A stretch of DNA of 64,000 nucleotides from assembly GCA_044225365.1 (NCBI GenBank), contig JBGAIQ010000001.1, positions 1 to 64,000 on the forward strand, read 5' to 3'. This stretch comes from Planctomycetota bacterium (GTDB lineage: Bacteria > Planctomycetota > B15-G4 > JADJEK01). Shown piece after piece: positions 1-8,779 of this stretch. Each line of letters starts with the position of its first letter. Within the stretch, counting starts at the first letter, position 1. The notes under the pieces are model-generated. The model ran no database searches. It was not told the DNA's origin and saw only the letters and a program-made list of their open reading frames with translations. The translations under genes and the position numbers were made by a program.

Positions 1-132
1 GTATCAGCGGCTCGAAGCGCTGCGGTGATCGAGCGCCGCAGCGACTCTTGCATTGGCCGAATCACGAAGATCGTCGCGGCCTTCCGCGGGGACGCGGCCC
101 ATCGTTTTCCACGGAGGTTCACGGAGGTCAGA

Positions 133-278
133 AGAGGACCACGGAGTTCGAAGAAGAACGGAGGTTCGAAAAGGGGCTGTCCTCCGCACGCGAGACGATG
201 TGGATCTCCCCGGCGCCCGCGTTCGTGAGGACCGCTGAGCCGGCCCCCTTTCAAGTTTCATGCCCTCCGTGGTCCTCT
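133..278. repeat. Long imperfect inverted repeat (REP/MITE-like hairpin) with CACGGAG motifs
   Basis: Perfect 14-bp IR AGAGGACCACGGAG (133-146) / CTCCGTGGTCCTCT (265-278). Inner imperfect arms at ~168-178/242-252 and ~180-192/218-231. Direct copies of ACGGAGG at 111, 121 and 158. Confidence 0.6.
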
Positions 279-305
279 GTGGCAAACTCCGGATCGGACC
301 CCGCG

Positions 306-1481
306 TCACGCCCTCGCGGCGAGCAATGCGTCGTACAGCGACTCCTGCGCCGCGACCATCGCGTGGACGTCGAACTCGGGGAGGAGGGGCTGTGCGGCAG
401 CGATGAAGCGCGCGCCGAGCGCGGGATCCGCGAGGAGATCGAGCGTTCGCGCCGCCGCGCTTTCGATGTCTCCGGGCTCGACGACGAACCCTGTCCGTCG
501 ATCCTCGATCACGTCGGCGACGCCGTCGACTCGGTTCGCCACGACCGGGACGCCGGACGCGAGGGCCTGAACGACCGATCGTGGCAGTCCTTCCCAGCGC
601 GAGGTCAACATGAACACGTCGAGCGCGCGAAGGACGAGCGGGATGTCGTCGCGCCAACCGAGGACGTGGAAGCGCTCTCGCAGCCCTTTGGCAGCGATTC
701 GTGCTTCGACGGCCTCGCGCAGTTCCCCATCGCCGGCGAGGACGAAGTGCACGCCCGGTCGTCGCCGTGCGATCGACGCGGCGGTGTCGACGAAGTCGAG
801 CGGAGCCTTCTGTGGTTTGAGGCACGCCACCATGCCGACGACCTGCGAATCGAGCGGGACGCGAAGCGCGTCGCGGGCGGCTTGTTGCGTCAGCGTGGGC
901 GCCGCGAACGCGTCGAGCGAGAAGCCGCTGCGGATGAGTTCGACGGGCGTCGTTCGAAACAGGCCGAGAGCGCGACCCTCGTCGATGTTGGCGCGGGAGA
1001 CCGCGATGAAGCGATCGGTGCGCGGCGCGAGGTATCGCTCGGTCGCGATCGCGAACCGCCTCAGGATGGGATTCCGGATCGCCGGATGACCGAAGCCGTG
1101 GATCGTGTGCACGATCGCCGTCGCTCCGACTGCACGCGCCGCGAGTCGACCGACGATGCCGGCCTTGCTCGAATGCGTGTGCACGAGGAGGGGTGCGGTG
1201 CCGGTTGAACGGATCTGCCGCAGGTGGCCGCGGATCTCGACGAACGCCTTTCGATCCGCGAGCGGAGCGATGGGGCGGACGAGGTGATGCAGCAATCGGA
1301 GATCGAGCTTCTCGATCCGCGCGGCTTCGGCGTCGAGCAACCCGCCGTGTCCGGCGAGGAGGTAGACGTCGAAGCGCTCGCGATCGAGCCTCGCACAGGT
1401 GTCGAGCGTGTTCTGCTGCGCGCCGCCGAGCTCGAGCTGCGTGATGACGTGCACGATGCGCGGCTTGCCGCCGCGGTTCAT
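306..1481 (-). CDS. Glycosyltransferase family 4 (GT-B)
   Basis: MNRGGKPRIVHVITQLELGGAQQ, HTHSSKAG, LKPQKA, SRWEGLPRSVVQALASGVPVV. ATGA overlap with the upstream gene; start trimmed from the 770-aa ORF. Confidence 0.92.
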   Translation of the reverse strand: MNRGGKPRIVHVITQLELGGAQQNTLDTCARLDRERFDVYLLAGHGGLLDAEAARIEKLDLRLLHHLVRPIAPLADRKAFVEIRGHLRQIRSTGTAPLLVHTHSSKAGIVGRLAARAVGATAIVHTIHGFGHPAIRNPILRRFAIATERYLAPRTDRFIAVSRANIDEGRALGLFRTTPVELIRSGFSLDAFAAPTLTQQAARDALRVPLDSQVVGMVACLKPQKAPLDFVDTAASIARRRPGVHFVLAGDGELREAVEARIAAKGLRERFHVLGWRDDIPLVLRALDVFMLTSRWEGLPRSVVQALASGVPVVANRVDGVADVIEDRRTGFVVEPGDIESAAARTLDLLADPALGARFIAAAQPLLPEFDVHAMVAAQESLYDALLAARA

Positions 1482-2854
1482 TCGCTTGCCTGCTCCAGGA
1501 ATTCCGCGGTCTCCTTGCCCTGCAGGATCGTCGTCTCCATCGAGAGGTAGTCCCAAGCGCCGTAGCGGCCGACTGGAATGATGTCGCGTTCGAGCAAGGC
1601 TTCGAACACGATCGGGAGCGCGGCGCGGCGATCCTCGTCGAACAATACGTAGGCGAAAGGCAGATCGAGCCGCGACTCGGTCAGGATCGTCGCTTCGCGC
1701 GCGATCACGCCGGCGCGAACGAGGTCGCTGAGGACGCGCTTCGCGGCATCCTTCTCCGGGGGGAACCGATCGATGGGGTAGGCGACCTCGGCGCAGATCG
1801 AATGCGTGCCGTCCGGCGCCATCGACGGCGCGAGGTTCGACGGGAATCCGACGCGATAGAACGAGAACTCGCGCTCGGGGTAGTAGATCCAGTGCCGGCC
1901 GTGATCGAGCTTTCCCTTCACTCCGAAGTTGAACGACGAGACCGCGCACCAGCGCAGTCGCTCGGCGGCGTCGCGCACGTGACGCGGGAGGCCCTCGATC
2001 ATGGTCACGAGTTCGGGCAGCGGATTCGTGGCGACGAGCGTGTCGTATTCGAGAGGGGCGCCGTTGCTGCGCAGCAGCTTCTTCTTCTTGGCGTCGATCC
2101 GCGTGACCTTCGCGCCGCGCTCGATCGTCCCGCCGCGCTCCTCGATCGCGCGTCCCATCGCTTCGGGGAGTCGTCGGATCCCGCCGGCCTTCGGGTATCG
2201 GAAGCGCGGGTTGTACCCGAACTCCTTCTTCGACTCGCCGAGAGCGCCGCGCAGCACGTCCTCGAGAGAGGGTTTGGGCACCGACCACGAGACCCAATCG
2301 GCGGAGATCGTCATCAGGTCCGCGGCGAAGTTCTTCTCGTTGTAGGTGAGGAAGAAGTGTCGCGCGAAACCCTCGCCGAAGGTCGCGATCGCCCAGTCGT
2401 GGAAGCTCTTGGCGTATCCACCCCGCGGTTCCTTCAGATTGAGGAAGGAGAGCGGGAAGTCGGTACGGGGCGGGTCGAACGATCCTGGCGGCAGACGGTG
2501 GCTCCTCTGGAGGGACTCCGCGAACTTCAGGACGCAGTCGACTCGCGTCGCGATCGGCAGCTCGTGGGTGTTCACCTGGAACGGGTAGGGAACGAGCGTG
2601 TTCTGATAGTGGACCCAAGCCGACCGTTCGAGGTGGATCTGATCGTCGACCAGGAGCGAGTCGATGAGGCCCTTCACCGCGTCGCTCTGGAGGTGGAGGA
2701 GATGCCCCGTGAAATCGAAGACGAACCCGTTCGCATCGACCGAACGGGCAAGGCCGCCGACTTCGCGCTCGCGCTCGAGCACGAGGAAGGGCCGTCGTCT
2801 CAGGTGGTAAGCGGTGGAAAGTCCGGCGAGGCCGGCGCCTAGGACGAGGATCAT
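1478..2854 (-). CDS. FAD-dependent oxidoreductase, UDP-galactopyranose mutase-like / HemY-like superfamily
   Basis: GAGLAG Rossmann motif, GGLARS..GFVFDFTGH, VPYPFQVN, GYNPRFRYPKAGG, GRYGAWDY. Glycan gene context. Confidence 0.8.
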   Translation of the reverse strand: MILVLGAGLAGLSTAYHLRRRPFLVLEREREVGGLARSVDANGFVFDFTGHLLHLQSDAVKGLIDSLLVDDQIHLERSAWVHYQNTLVPYPFQVNTHELPIATRVDCVLKFAESLQRSHRLPPGSFDPPRTDFPLSFLNLKEPRGGYAKSFHDWAIATFGEGFARHFFLTYNEKNFAADLMTISADWVSWSVPKPSLEDVLRGALGESKKEFGYNPRFRYPKAGGIRRLPEAMGRAIEERGGTIERGAKVTRIDAKKKKLLRSNGAPLEYDTLVATNPLPELVTMIEGLPRHVRDAAERLRWCAVSSFNFGVKGKLDHGRHWIYYPEREFSFYRVGFPSNLAPSMAPDGTHSICAEVAYPIDRFPPEKDAAKRVLSDLVRAGVIAREATILTESRLDLPFAYVLFDEDRRAALPIVFEALLERDIIPVGRYGAWDYLSMETTILQGKETAEFLEQASE

Positions 2855-2883
2855 CGGCAAGGCGTCCTTATGATCGTCGACCG

Positions 2884-3948
2884 ATGACGTCGAAACCCAA
2901 GAAGCGGATCCTGTTCTTCGCCAAGGTGCCGATGAACTACGCGCTGTTCCGGCCGGTTCATCGGCTGCTCGCGCGCGACCCTTCGCTCGAGTTCGTGTTC
3001 ACCGGCAAGTACCAAGGGCGCCAAGATCCTGCTCGCGTCTACCAGGGTTTCGACCTGCTCGGCGGCAGGCTCCAGCGCAGCTCGTTCTCGCGGTGGTTCA
3101 AGTACGACGTCTACGTGTCGCCGGACTATCGTCTCGCCGGAAAACGCTGCCGCGTCAAGGTACACATGTTCCACGGCTTCTCGATCCGGAACTTCGCGAT
3201 TCAAGAGCGGGCGAAGGACTTCGACAAGCTGTTCCTGATCGGCCCCTACATGCGGCGCAGATTCGTCGAGAGCGGCATCCTGCGGCCCGACGATTTGCGG
3301 TTCGAGGACGTCGGCATGCCGAAGCTCGATTCCTTGGTGAACGGCGAGTACGACCGCGAAGCCATCCTCACCGGCCTCGGGCTCGATCCCACGCGGAAGA
3401 CGATCCTGTTCGCGCCGACGTGGATCGCGGGTGGTTGCCTCGATACGCAGGGCCAGGCGATCCTGCGTGAACTCCACCGTTGCGAGCACAATGTGATCGT
3501 GAAGCTGCATGACAACTCCTTTGACCCGCGCAAGCAGCGCTTCGACTGGCGAACGGAGGTCTCCGCGTTCCTCTCGTCGAGAAGGGTCCTCGCGACCGAT
3601 CCGGACTCGAATCCTTGCCTTGCCGTCGCGGATCTCCTGATCTCCGACGCCAGTTCGATCGCGAACGAGTTCCTGCTCCTCGATCGCCCGCTCGTCTTCT
3701 TCGCACTGAAGGACCTCGCGAAGGACTGGCCGTCGACCGACGAGAAGACGTGGGGGACTTCGACGGGCGAGACGATCGAGAGCGCCAGCGAACTCATGGG
3801 CGCGATCGAACGCGGTCTGCGAGCTCCACTCGCCAAGAGCGAAGTGCGTCGCGCGGCGGCCGCGGACTTCTTCTTCAACCCGGGGCGTGCGGCGAGCGTC
3901 GCCGCGAACCTGCTAGCCGAATATGCCGGCGCGGAAGGGCGCTCATGA
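2884..3948 (+). CDS. CDP-glycerol glycerophosphotransferase (TagB/TagF-like) family protein
   Basis: HMFHG, GMPKLD, LFAPTW, VKLH, DLLISDASSIANEFLLLDRPLVF motifs. Confidence 0.85.
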   Translation: MTSKPKKRILFFAKVPMNYALFRPVHRLLARDPSLEFVFTGKYQGRQDPARVYQGFDLLGGRLQRSSFSRWFKYDVYVSPDYRLAGKRCRVKVHMFHGFSIRNFAIQERAKDFDKLFLIGPYMRRRFVESGILRPDDLRFEDVGMPKLDSLVNGEYDREAILTGLGLDPTRKTILFAPTWIAGGCLDTQGQAILRELHRCEHNVIVKLHDNSFDPRKQRFDWRTEVSAFLSSRRVLATDPDSNPCLAVADLLISDASSIANEFLLLDRPLVFFALKDLAKDWPSTDEKTWGTSTGETIESASELMGAIERGLRAPLAKSEVRRAAAADFFFNPGRAASVAANLLAEYAGAEGRS

Positions 3949-6821
3949 GTCGCCTGCGCGTCGCCGTCGGGATCGGCTGCCTCCTCGCCTGCTGCATCGC
4001 CGCGTACTTCTCGCGACTCGCCGTCCTTCGTAGCGGAGAGCGAATCGTCACGACGAACGTCGGGCGCGCCCTCGACGTCGAGGGTGCCGAGCTGCACCTT
4101 CCGAGGGTCGCGGATCCCGTCGACGATGGGTGCGCTCCACTCGCTCCAGATCAGCGCTTCGTGATCGATTGCGGACTCGGTGGAGTCGACGGGCTCCGGG
4201 TGTCGCTCGCGCCGGATTCGACCGTGACGCAGATCCGCGTCGAATTCGGGGCGGATACGGGTCACCGTCGCGCGGGGAAGGACGGACTTGCTCTGCTCCT
4301 CGATCCGTCCCGTGCGTGGAGCGGAGGATTCGTCGACTCGAACGCTGCGCCGAACGGTGCTGTTCTCGTGGCGCCTGCGTCGAAGCCGCAACGCGACGGC
4401 GCGGAACTCGAACTCGCACTCGGGAACGGAACGCTCACGGCGGAGATCGATCACGCCCTGGTCGCTCGAGCGCTCTTCGAGGGCGGTGATCTGCGCGGCA
4501 CCCGAATCGTCGTGGTGGGCGGGAAACTGCGACTCGCGAGGGCGTCGCTCGTCGGCGTCGGGGCCGATAAAGAGCGATACGAGGTCAGCGACGGATTCGA
4601 CGGCCTGCCCGCGAAGCGAGCGAACAAGTGGGTCGCGTTCGACATCGCTCTCTTGATGTTCCTCGCGTTGCTCGGCGTCGTGTTCGGTCCGTGCTTCGAG
4701 CCCGAATACGACGGCGCCGCGGCCTCCCTCCTCGCAATGTTCTCGGTCGGGATCTCGACGATTCCACTGACGATCGGGTTCATCGTCCACGCGAACGCGC
4801 CGAGTTCGGTGAGCGCGCTCGCGCTGCTCGTTCTAGCGATCGTCAGCGGGATGCTCGCCGCGTGGCGTGAGAGTCGCGACGCGCGTCGGGTCCATCGCAT
4901 CTTTTCGAGGAACACGTCGAAGGGCGGTCGCATCGTTGCGGGCGCGACGATCGTCGCGATCGCGATCTCCGCCTACCTGGCCACGAGCCCGCCGCGCACT
5001 CACGGAGCGACCTCGAAGCCGGTCGACGGCGTGCCGTCCGCTCATCACGACGCGTCGCAGCACTGGCTCGATCCGAGCAACGCGGTCGTGATTCCCGGGC
5101 CCTACTCCGACTTCGAGATGCGATTCACGGTCGCGACGACGTGGAACTCGATCCTCGAAACGAGGTTCTCCGGTGCGGGGGATTCGACCGACGCGCTCGC
5201 GTTCGTCGTCGGCACCGATCCGCGAGTGCGAACGGGCTTTCGCCGCGAGAGCGGCACGCTCGAGCCGATCGGCATCGATGGCGTGGGTCCGCAACCCCGC
5301 AAGCTCCTGAACGTGCGCCTGCGAGCGATCGGCGATCGTTTCGAAGCGTACGTCGTCGATCCCTTCGGGACGCAGAAGCAAAGGGACGATGCCGCCGTGC
5401 TTCCCATCGCGAGCGCGACGTGGAATTCCCGACCCGCCATCCATGCGATCCAGCTCCTCGCGGCGAAGGGGTCGACACGGGTCGACTCGATCGACGTCGA
5501 GCCGCTTCCACGCGATGCGACGACGCCGACCGAATCGAACACCGCGCCACTCTCGAAGCGCCTGCGGTTGCCGTTCGTGATCCTCCTCGCCGGCTTTCTC
5601 ATCGCCCGCGGTCGGAAGGGATCGTTGAACGAAGCCGTGTTCCTGCTCCTGCCCTGCGGACTCTTCTGCTACCAGATCGCGATCGCGAAGTATCCCGCCG
5701 CGACGGGAACGCTCGTGGGCCGCGAGTTCGTCCTCGTCGTGCTGGTGTTCATCGCCGCGTTCGTGATGGCTCGTGCAGTTCTGTTCGCGCGTTCGAGCAA
5801 CACGGATCTCCTTGCGAGCGCGAGAGCGGGCGGGATCTGCATCGCGATGTCCGTGCTCGTCGCCCTCATGGCGACGCTGCTGCGGTTCGAGGGTCGCGGA
5901 GCCCTCGTCGAAGGGACGGCGTTCGACTTCCCCGGGCGGCGCTTCGAGCCGGATCTCTCCTTGCTCACGCATGCGCCGACTCGCCGCGGTCTCCGCGATA
6001 CCTGGCTCCAGGATCATCGCTTCCACGGGAGTTCCATCACCGAGCGGAAGGCGAACGACCCGTATCGAGTGATGTTGTTCGGCGATGCCAATGCAATCGC
6101 GAGCGACGCGACGCCGGGCGCGCGCAGCGAGATCGCGACGCTCCTCGAGCGGGGAATCGAGTTCGGAGTCGAAGGGCGAGGCGCCCAGGTCGTCGATGCG
6201 ACGTGGAGCGGAGCAAACCTCTCGGCGATCACGGCGATGCTCGAGAACGTCGTGCTCGCGCCGATCGAGACCGAATCGACCTTCGCGGCGAATTCGCCGC
6301 CCACTCCGGCCTTCGCACCGGATCTGGCGATCGTCGTTCTGACGCCGCACATGCTCGAGGGCGCGCGGATCGCGGCGCTCTCCGCGGCGGCCGCGCCGAA
6401 CGCGTTCCGCACGATGCTCGACGAAGTGAGCGCGGAATGCGACGTCCTTTCGAGTGACCGAGGAAGAGAACACCCGAGCGACGCGGTGGACTCCGTTCAC
6501 GCTCTGATCGGAATGAACCTGGTCGACCCGGACGAGTTGCTTGCGCTGTACGGAAGAGTCACGAATCTCCTCGCGCTCGCGGCGAAGGCCCACTGCAAGA
6601 TCGCGTTCGTCATCGCGCCGATCGAGCGACTCTCCGTGGTCCCACGGTTCTGGCTCGGTCGCGGAGTCGATCTGTTCGCGCCGGCGATCCCGCGCGTGGC
6701 GGCCGGCGCTGCGACGGGCTTCCTCGATTCGGCGGTGCTGTCGCATCGCGGTCGCCTGATCTTCGTCGAACAGCTCGCGCGGTTCGTTCGCAAACGCTAC
6801 CTCGCCGGGAGGGGGTCGTGA
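3945..6821 (+). CDS. Large multi-pass membrane protein with beta-rich extracytoplasmic domains and a possible degenerate SGNH-like C-terminal domain
   Basis: ATG overlaps the upstream stop (ATGA). Two clusters of hydrophobic segments alternate with beta-rich regions; YRVMLFGD resembles SGNH block I but lacks the Ser. Confidence 0.7.
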   Translation: MSRLRVAVGIGCLLACCIAAYFSRLAVLRSGERIVTTNVGRALDVEGAELHLPRVADPVDDGCAPLAPDQRFVIDCGLGGVDGLRVSLAPDSTVTQIRVEFGADTGHRRAGKDGLALLLDPSRAWSGGFVDSNAAPNGAVLVAPASKPQRDGAELELALGNGTLTAEIDHALVARALFEGGDLRGTRIVVVGGKLRLARASLVGVGADKERYEVSDGFDGLPAKRANKWVAFDIALLMFLALLGVVFGPCFEPEYDGAAASLLAMFSVGISTIPLTIGFIVHANAPSSVSALALLVLAIVSGMLAAWRESRDARRVHRIFSRNTSKGGRIVAGATIVAIAISAYLATSPPRTHGATSKPVDGVPSAHHDASQHWLDPSNAVVIPGPYSDFEMRFTVATTWNSILETRFSGAGDSTDALAFVVGTDPRVRTGFRRESGTLEPIGIDGVGPQPRKLLNVRLRAIGDRFEAYVVDPFGTQKQRDDAAVLPIASATWNSRPAIHAIQLLAAKGSTRVDSIDVEPLPRDATTPTESNTAPLSKRLRLPFVILLAGFLIARGRKGSLNEAVFLLLPCGLFCYQIAIAKYPAATGTLVGREFVLVVLVFIAAFVMARAVLFARSSNTDLLASARAGGICIAMSVLVALMATLLRFEGRGALVEGTAFDFPGRRFEPDLSLLTHAPTRRGLRDTWLQDHRFHGSSITERKANDPYRVMLFGDANAIASDATPGARSEIATLLERGIEFGVEGRGAQVVDATWSGANLSAITAMLENVVLAPIETESTFAANSPPTPAFAPDLAIVVLTPHMLEGARIAALSAAAAPNAFRTMLDEVSAECDVLSSDRGREHPSDAVDSVHALIGMNLVDPDELLALYGRVTNLLALAAKAHCKIAFVIAPIERLSVVPRFWLGRGVDLFAPAIPRVAAGAATGFLDSAVLSHRGRLIFVEQLARFVRKRYLAGRGS

Positions 6822-8764
6822 GAGGGGAGGGGACGTCACTCGGCGCCATCGTCGCTCTCGTCGTCGTCGTCGGTCTCGCGGCGGCGGCAGGAGCGTTCGA
6901 CCTCTTCGACTACGACCTCGGGCTCGCGCGGGCGACCGGGCGCTGGATCCTCGAGCATCACGCGGTGCCGACCTCGAACGTCTTCTCGACGATCCACGCC
7001 GATCATCCGTTCGTCGACGACAAATGGCTCTTCCATGTCTTCGCGTACGCGGCCGTCGACGGCCTTTCGCCCGCGATCGCCGTGATCCTGCGCATGCTCC
7101 TCCTCGCGGCGACGTTTGCCACGCTTCTGCCCCGGCGCACCGCGAGCGCGATCGACCACGCGTGCGCCGCGACCGTGATCGTCGTCGCGATCGTTTGCGC
7201 GCACGAGCGCTTTGCATTTCGACCCGAACTGTTCACGATGCTCTTCCTCGCGCTCCTCTGGCGCAGGTTGCGCGAGGACGATGCACTGACGAGGAAGGAC
7301 TTCGCCCTCCTGCTCGCGATGCAGCTCCTGTGGACCAACCTCCACGGCTACTTCGTGCTCGGTCCCATCGTGGCGGCCGCCGCCGTTACCGGCAGACTCG
7401 TCGATCGCCTCGTCCACCGCATCGAACTCTCCGACCTGAGGGCGCGCGTCGCACTGCCCGCCCTCCTCGTGGGTGTGGGCCTCGTGAATCCCTACGGCGT
7501 GAAACTCTTGCTCTCGCCGTTGCACATCCTTGCCGACCTGAAGGGCTACGAAGACGTCTTCAAGCAGACGATCGTGGAGTTCGTGCCGCCCTTCTCGTAC
7601 TTCGAGCGACTCTCCTCCGATCTCGTCGCGTATCGAGTCCTGCTCGGTCTTCTCGGATGCGCCGGTCTGCTCGCGATCGTCTTCGCGCGCCGGGCTCTGC
7701 GTTTCTCGGATCTCGTTCCCCTCGGAGTGTTCTTCGCGATGTCGCTCGATCTACGGCGCAACACGGCGCCGTTCGCGATCGTCGCGGCTCCGATCGTGGG
7801 CACGTGGCTCGCTGCGACGATCCGGGAGCGATCCGGTTCGGATCGAGTCGCCCCCGTCGTCCTCGTTTTCACGGCGAGCTGTGCACTCGCATTGGGATTC
7901 TTGTTCTGTAGCAATCGCATCGCCGTCTACGACCGACTCGACCGCACGACGGGCCTCGCCGAGTCGACGATCGCGAACCCGACGGAGGAAGTCGAGTTCG
8001 TGAAGGCGCATCTGCCGATCGATGGCATGTTCAACTCCTTCACGTTCGGGTCGTACTTCGTGGGTCGCGCGTTTCCCGAGCGCAAGCCGTTCATCGATGG
8101 CAATACCGCGGGATACCCGCCGGAGTTCCTGCGCGAGTATCAGCAGATCGTCACGGGAGCGATCGAACCGTCGGCCGCAGTCGCGAAGTACGACATTCGC
8201 TACTTCCTGATCCGTCCTGGTCATCCCCTCACGCAGAAGCTGCTCGCCGACGACCGATACGTCCCCGTCTTCCTCGGTCGTCATGCGGTCGTGGTGGTGG
8301 TGAGGGACCGCGTCGACGCAGCGATCGTGCGCGACTTCGATCTGCGGCTGGCTCTGCGCAACGGCACGTACAAGCCCGTCGTGGCGACTCCGATCTCGAC
8401 TCCGACCTGCGCCACGTTTCCGGTCGCCGAGATGAATCGAGCGCGGCTCGAGTTCGCGCTGAAACTGAACGAGCGCGCGGAGTCCACGCTGCTTCGCGCG
8501 ATCGCGATCAACGCCGATGCATACGAGGCCTGGCACCTGCTCGGGTTCATTCGCTTCTCGCGGCATGCTCTCGCGGCGGCACGCGACGCGTTCGACCATG
8601 CGATCGAGATCGCTCCCGGCTTCGCGGAGGCGTATGCCGACCGAGCGCTCGTCCTTGGTTCGATGCACCAGCGCGCACTCGCCCTTCAGGATCTCGATCG
8701 CGCCGTCGAATTGCGGGGCGAGGACGACAATCTGAAGAAGCGGCGCACGATGCTCGGTGACTGA
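6818..8764 (+). CDS. Polytopic membrane protein (GT-C-like) with C-terminal TPR repeats
   Basis: DYDLGLARATGRWI, RPELFT, LWTNLHGYFVLG and LVNPYG motifs; about 10 hydrophobic segments; TPR-like AIEIAPGFAEAYADRALVL. GTGA overlap. Confidence 0.75.
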   Translation: MRGEGTSLGAIVALVVVVGLAAAAGAFDLFDYDLGLARATGRWILEHHAVPTSNVFSTIHADHPFVDDKWLFHVFAYAAVDGLSPAIAVILRMLLLAATFATLLPRRTASAIDHACAATVIVVAIVCAHERFAFRPELFTMLFLALLWRRLREDDALTRKDFALLLAMQLLWTNLHGYFVLGPIVAAAAVTGRLVDRLVHRIELSDLRARVALPALLVGVGLVNPYGVKLLLSPLHILADLKGYEDVFKQTIVEFVPPFSYFERLSSDLVAYRVLLGLLGCAGLLAIVFARRALRFSDLVPLGVFFAMSLDLRRNTAPFAIVAAPIVGTWLAATIRERSGSDRVAPVVLVFTASCALALGFLFCSNRIAVYDRLDRTTGLAESTIANPTEEVEFVKAHLPIDGMFNSFTFGSYFVGRAFPERKPFIDGNTAGYPPEFLREYQQIVTGAIEPSAAVAKYDIRYFLIRPGHPLTQKLLADDRYVPVFLGRHAVVVVVRDRVDAAIVRDFDLRLALRNGTYKPVVATPISTPTCATFPVAEMNRARLEFALKLNERAESTLLRAIAINADAYEAWHLLGFIRFSRHALAAARDAFDHAIEIAPGFAEAYADRALVLGSMHQRALALQDLDRAVELRGEDDNLKKRRTMLGD

Positions 8765-8779
8765 GGCCACTTCGCGTCG

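Noticed and set aside
2-28. Possible 3' end of an upstream CDS (YQRLEALR*)
   Set aside because: Too short to support a call.
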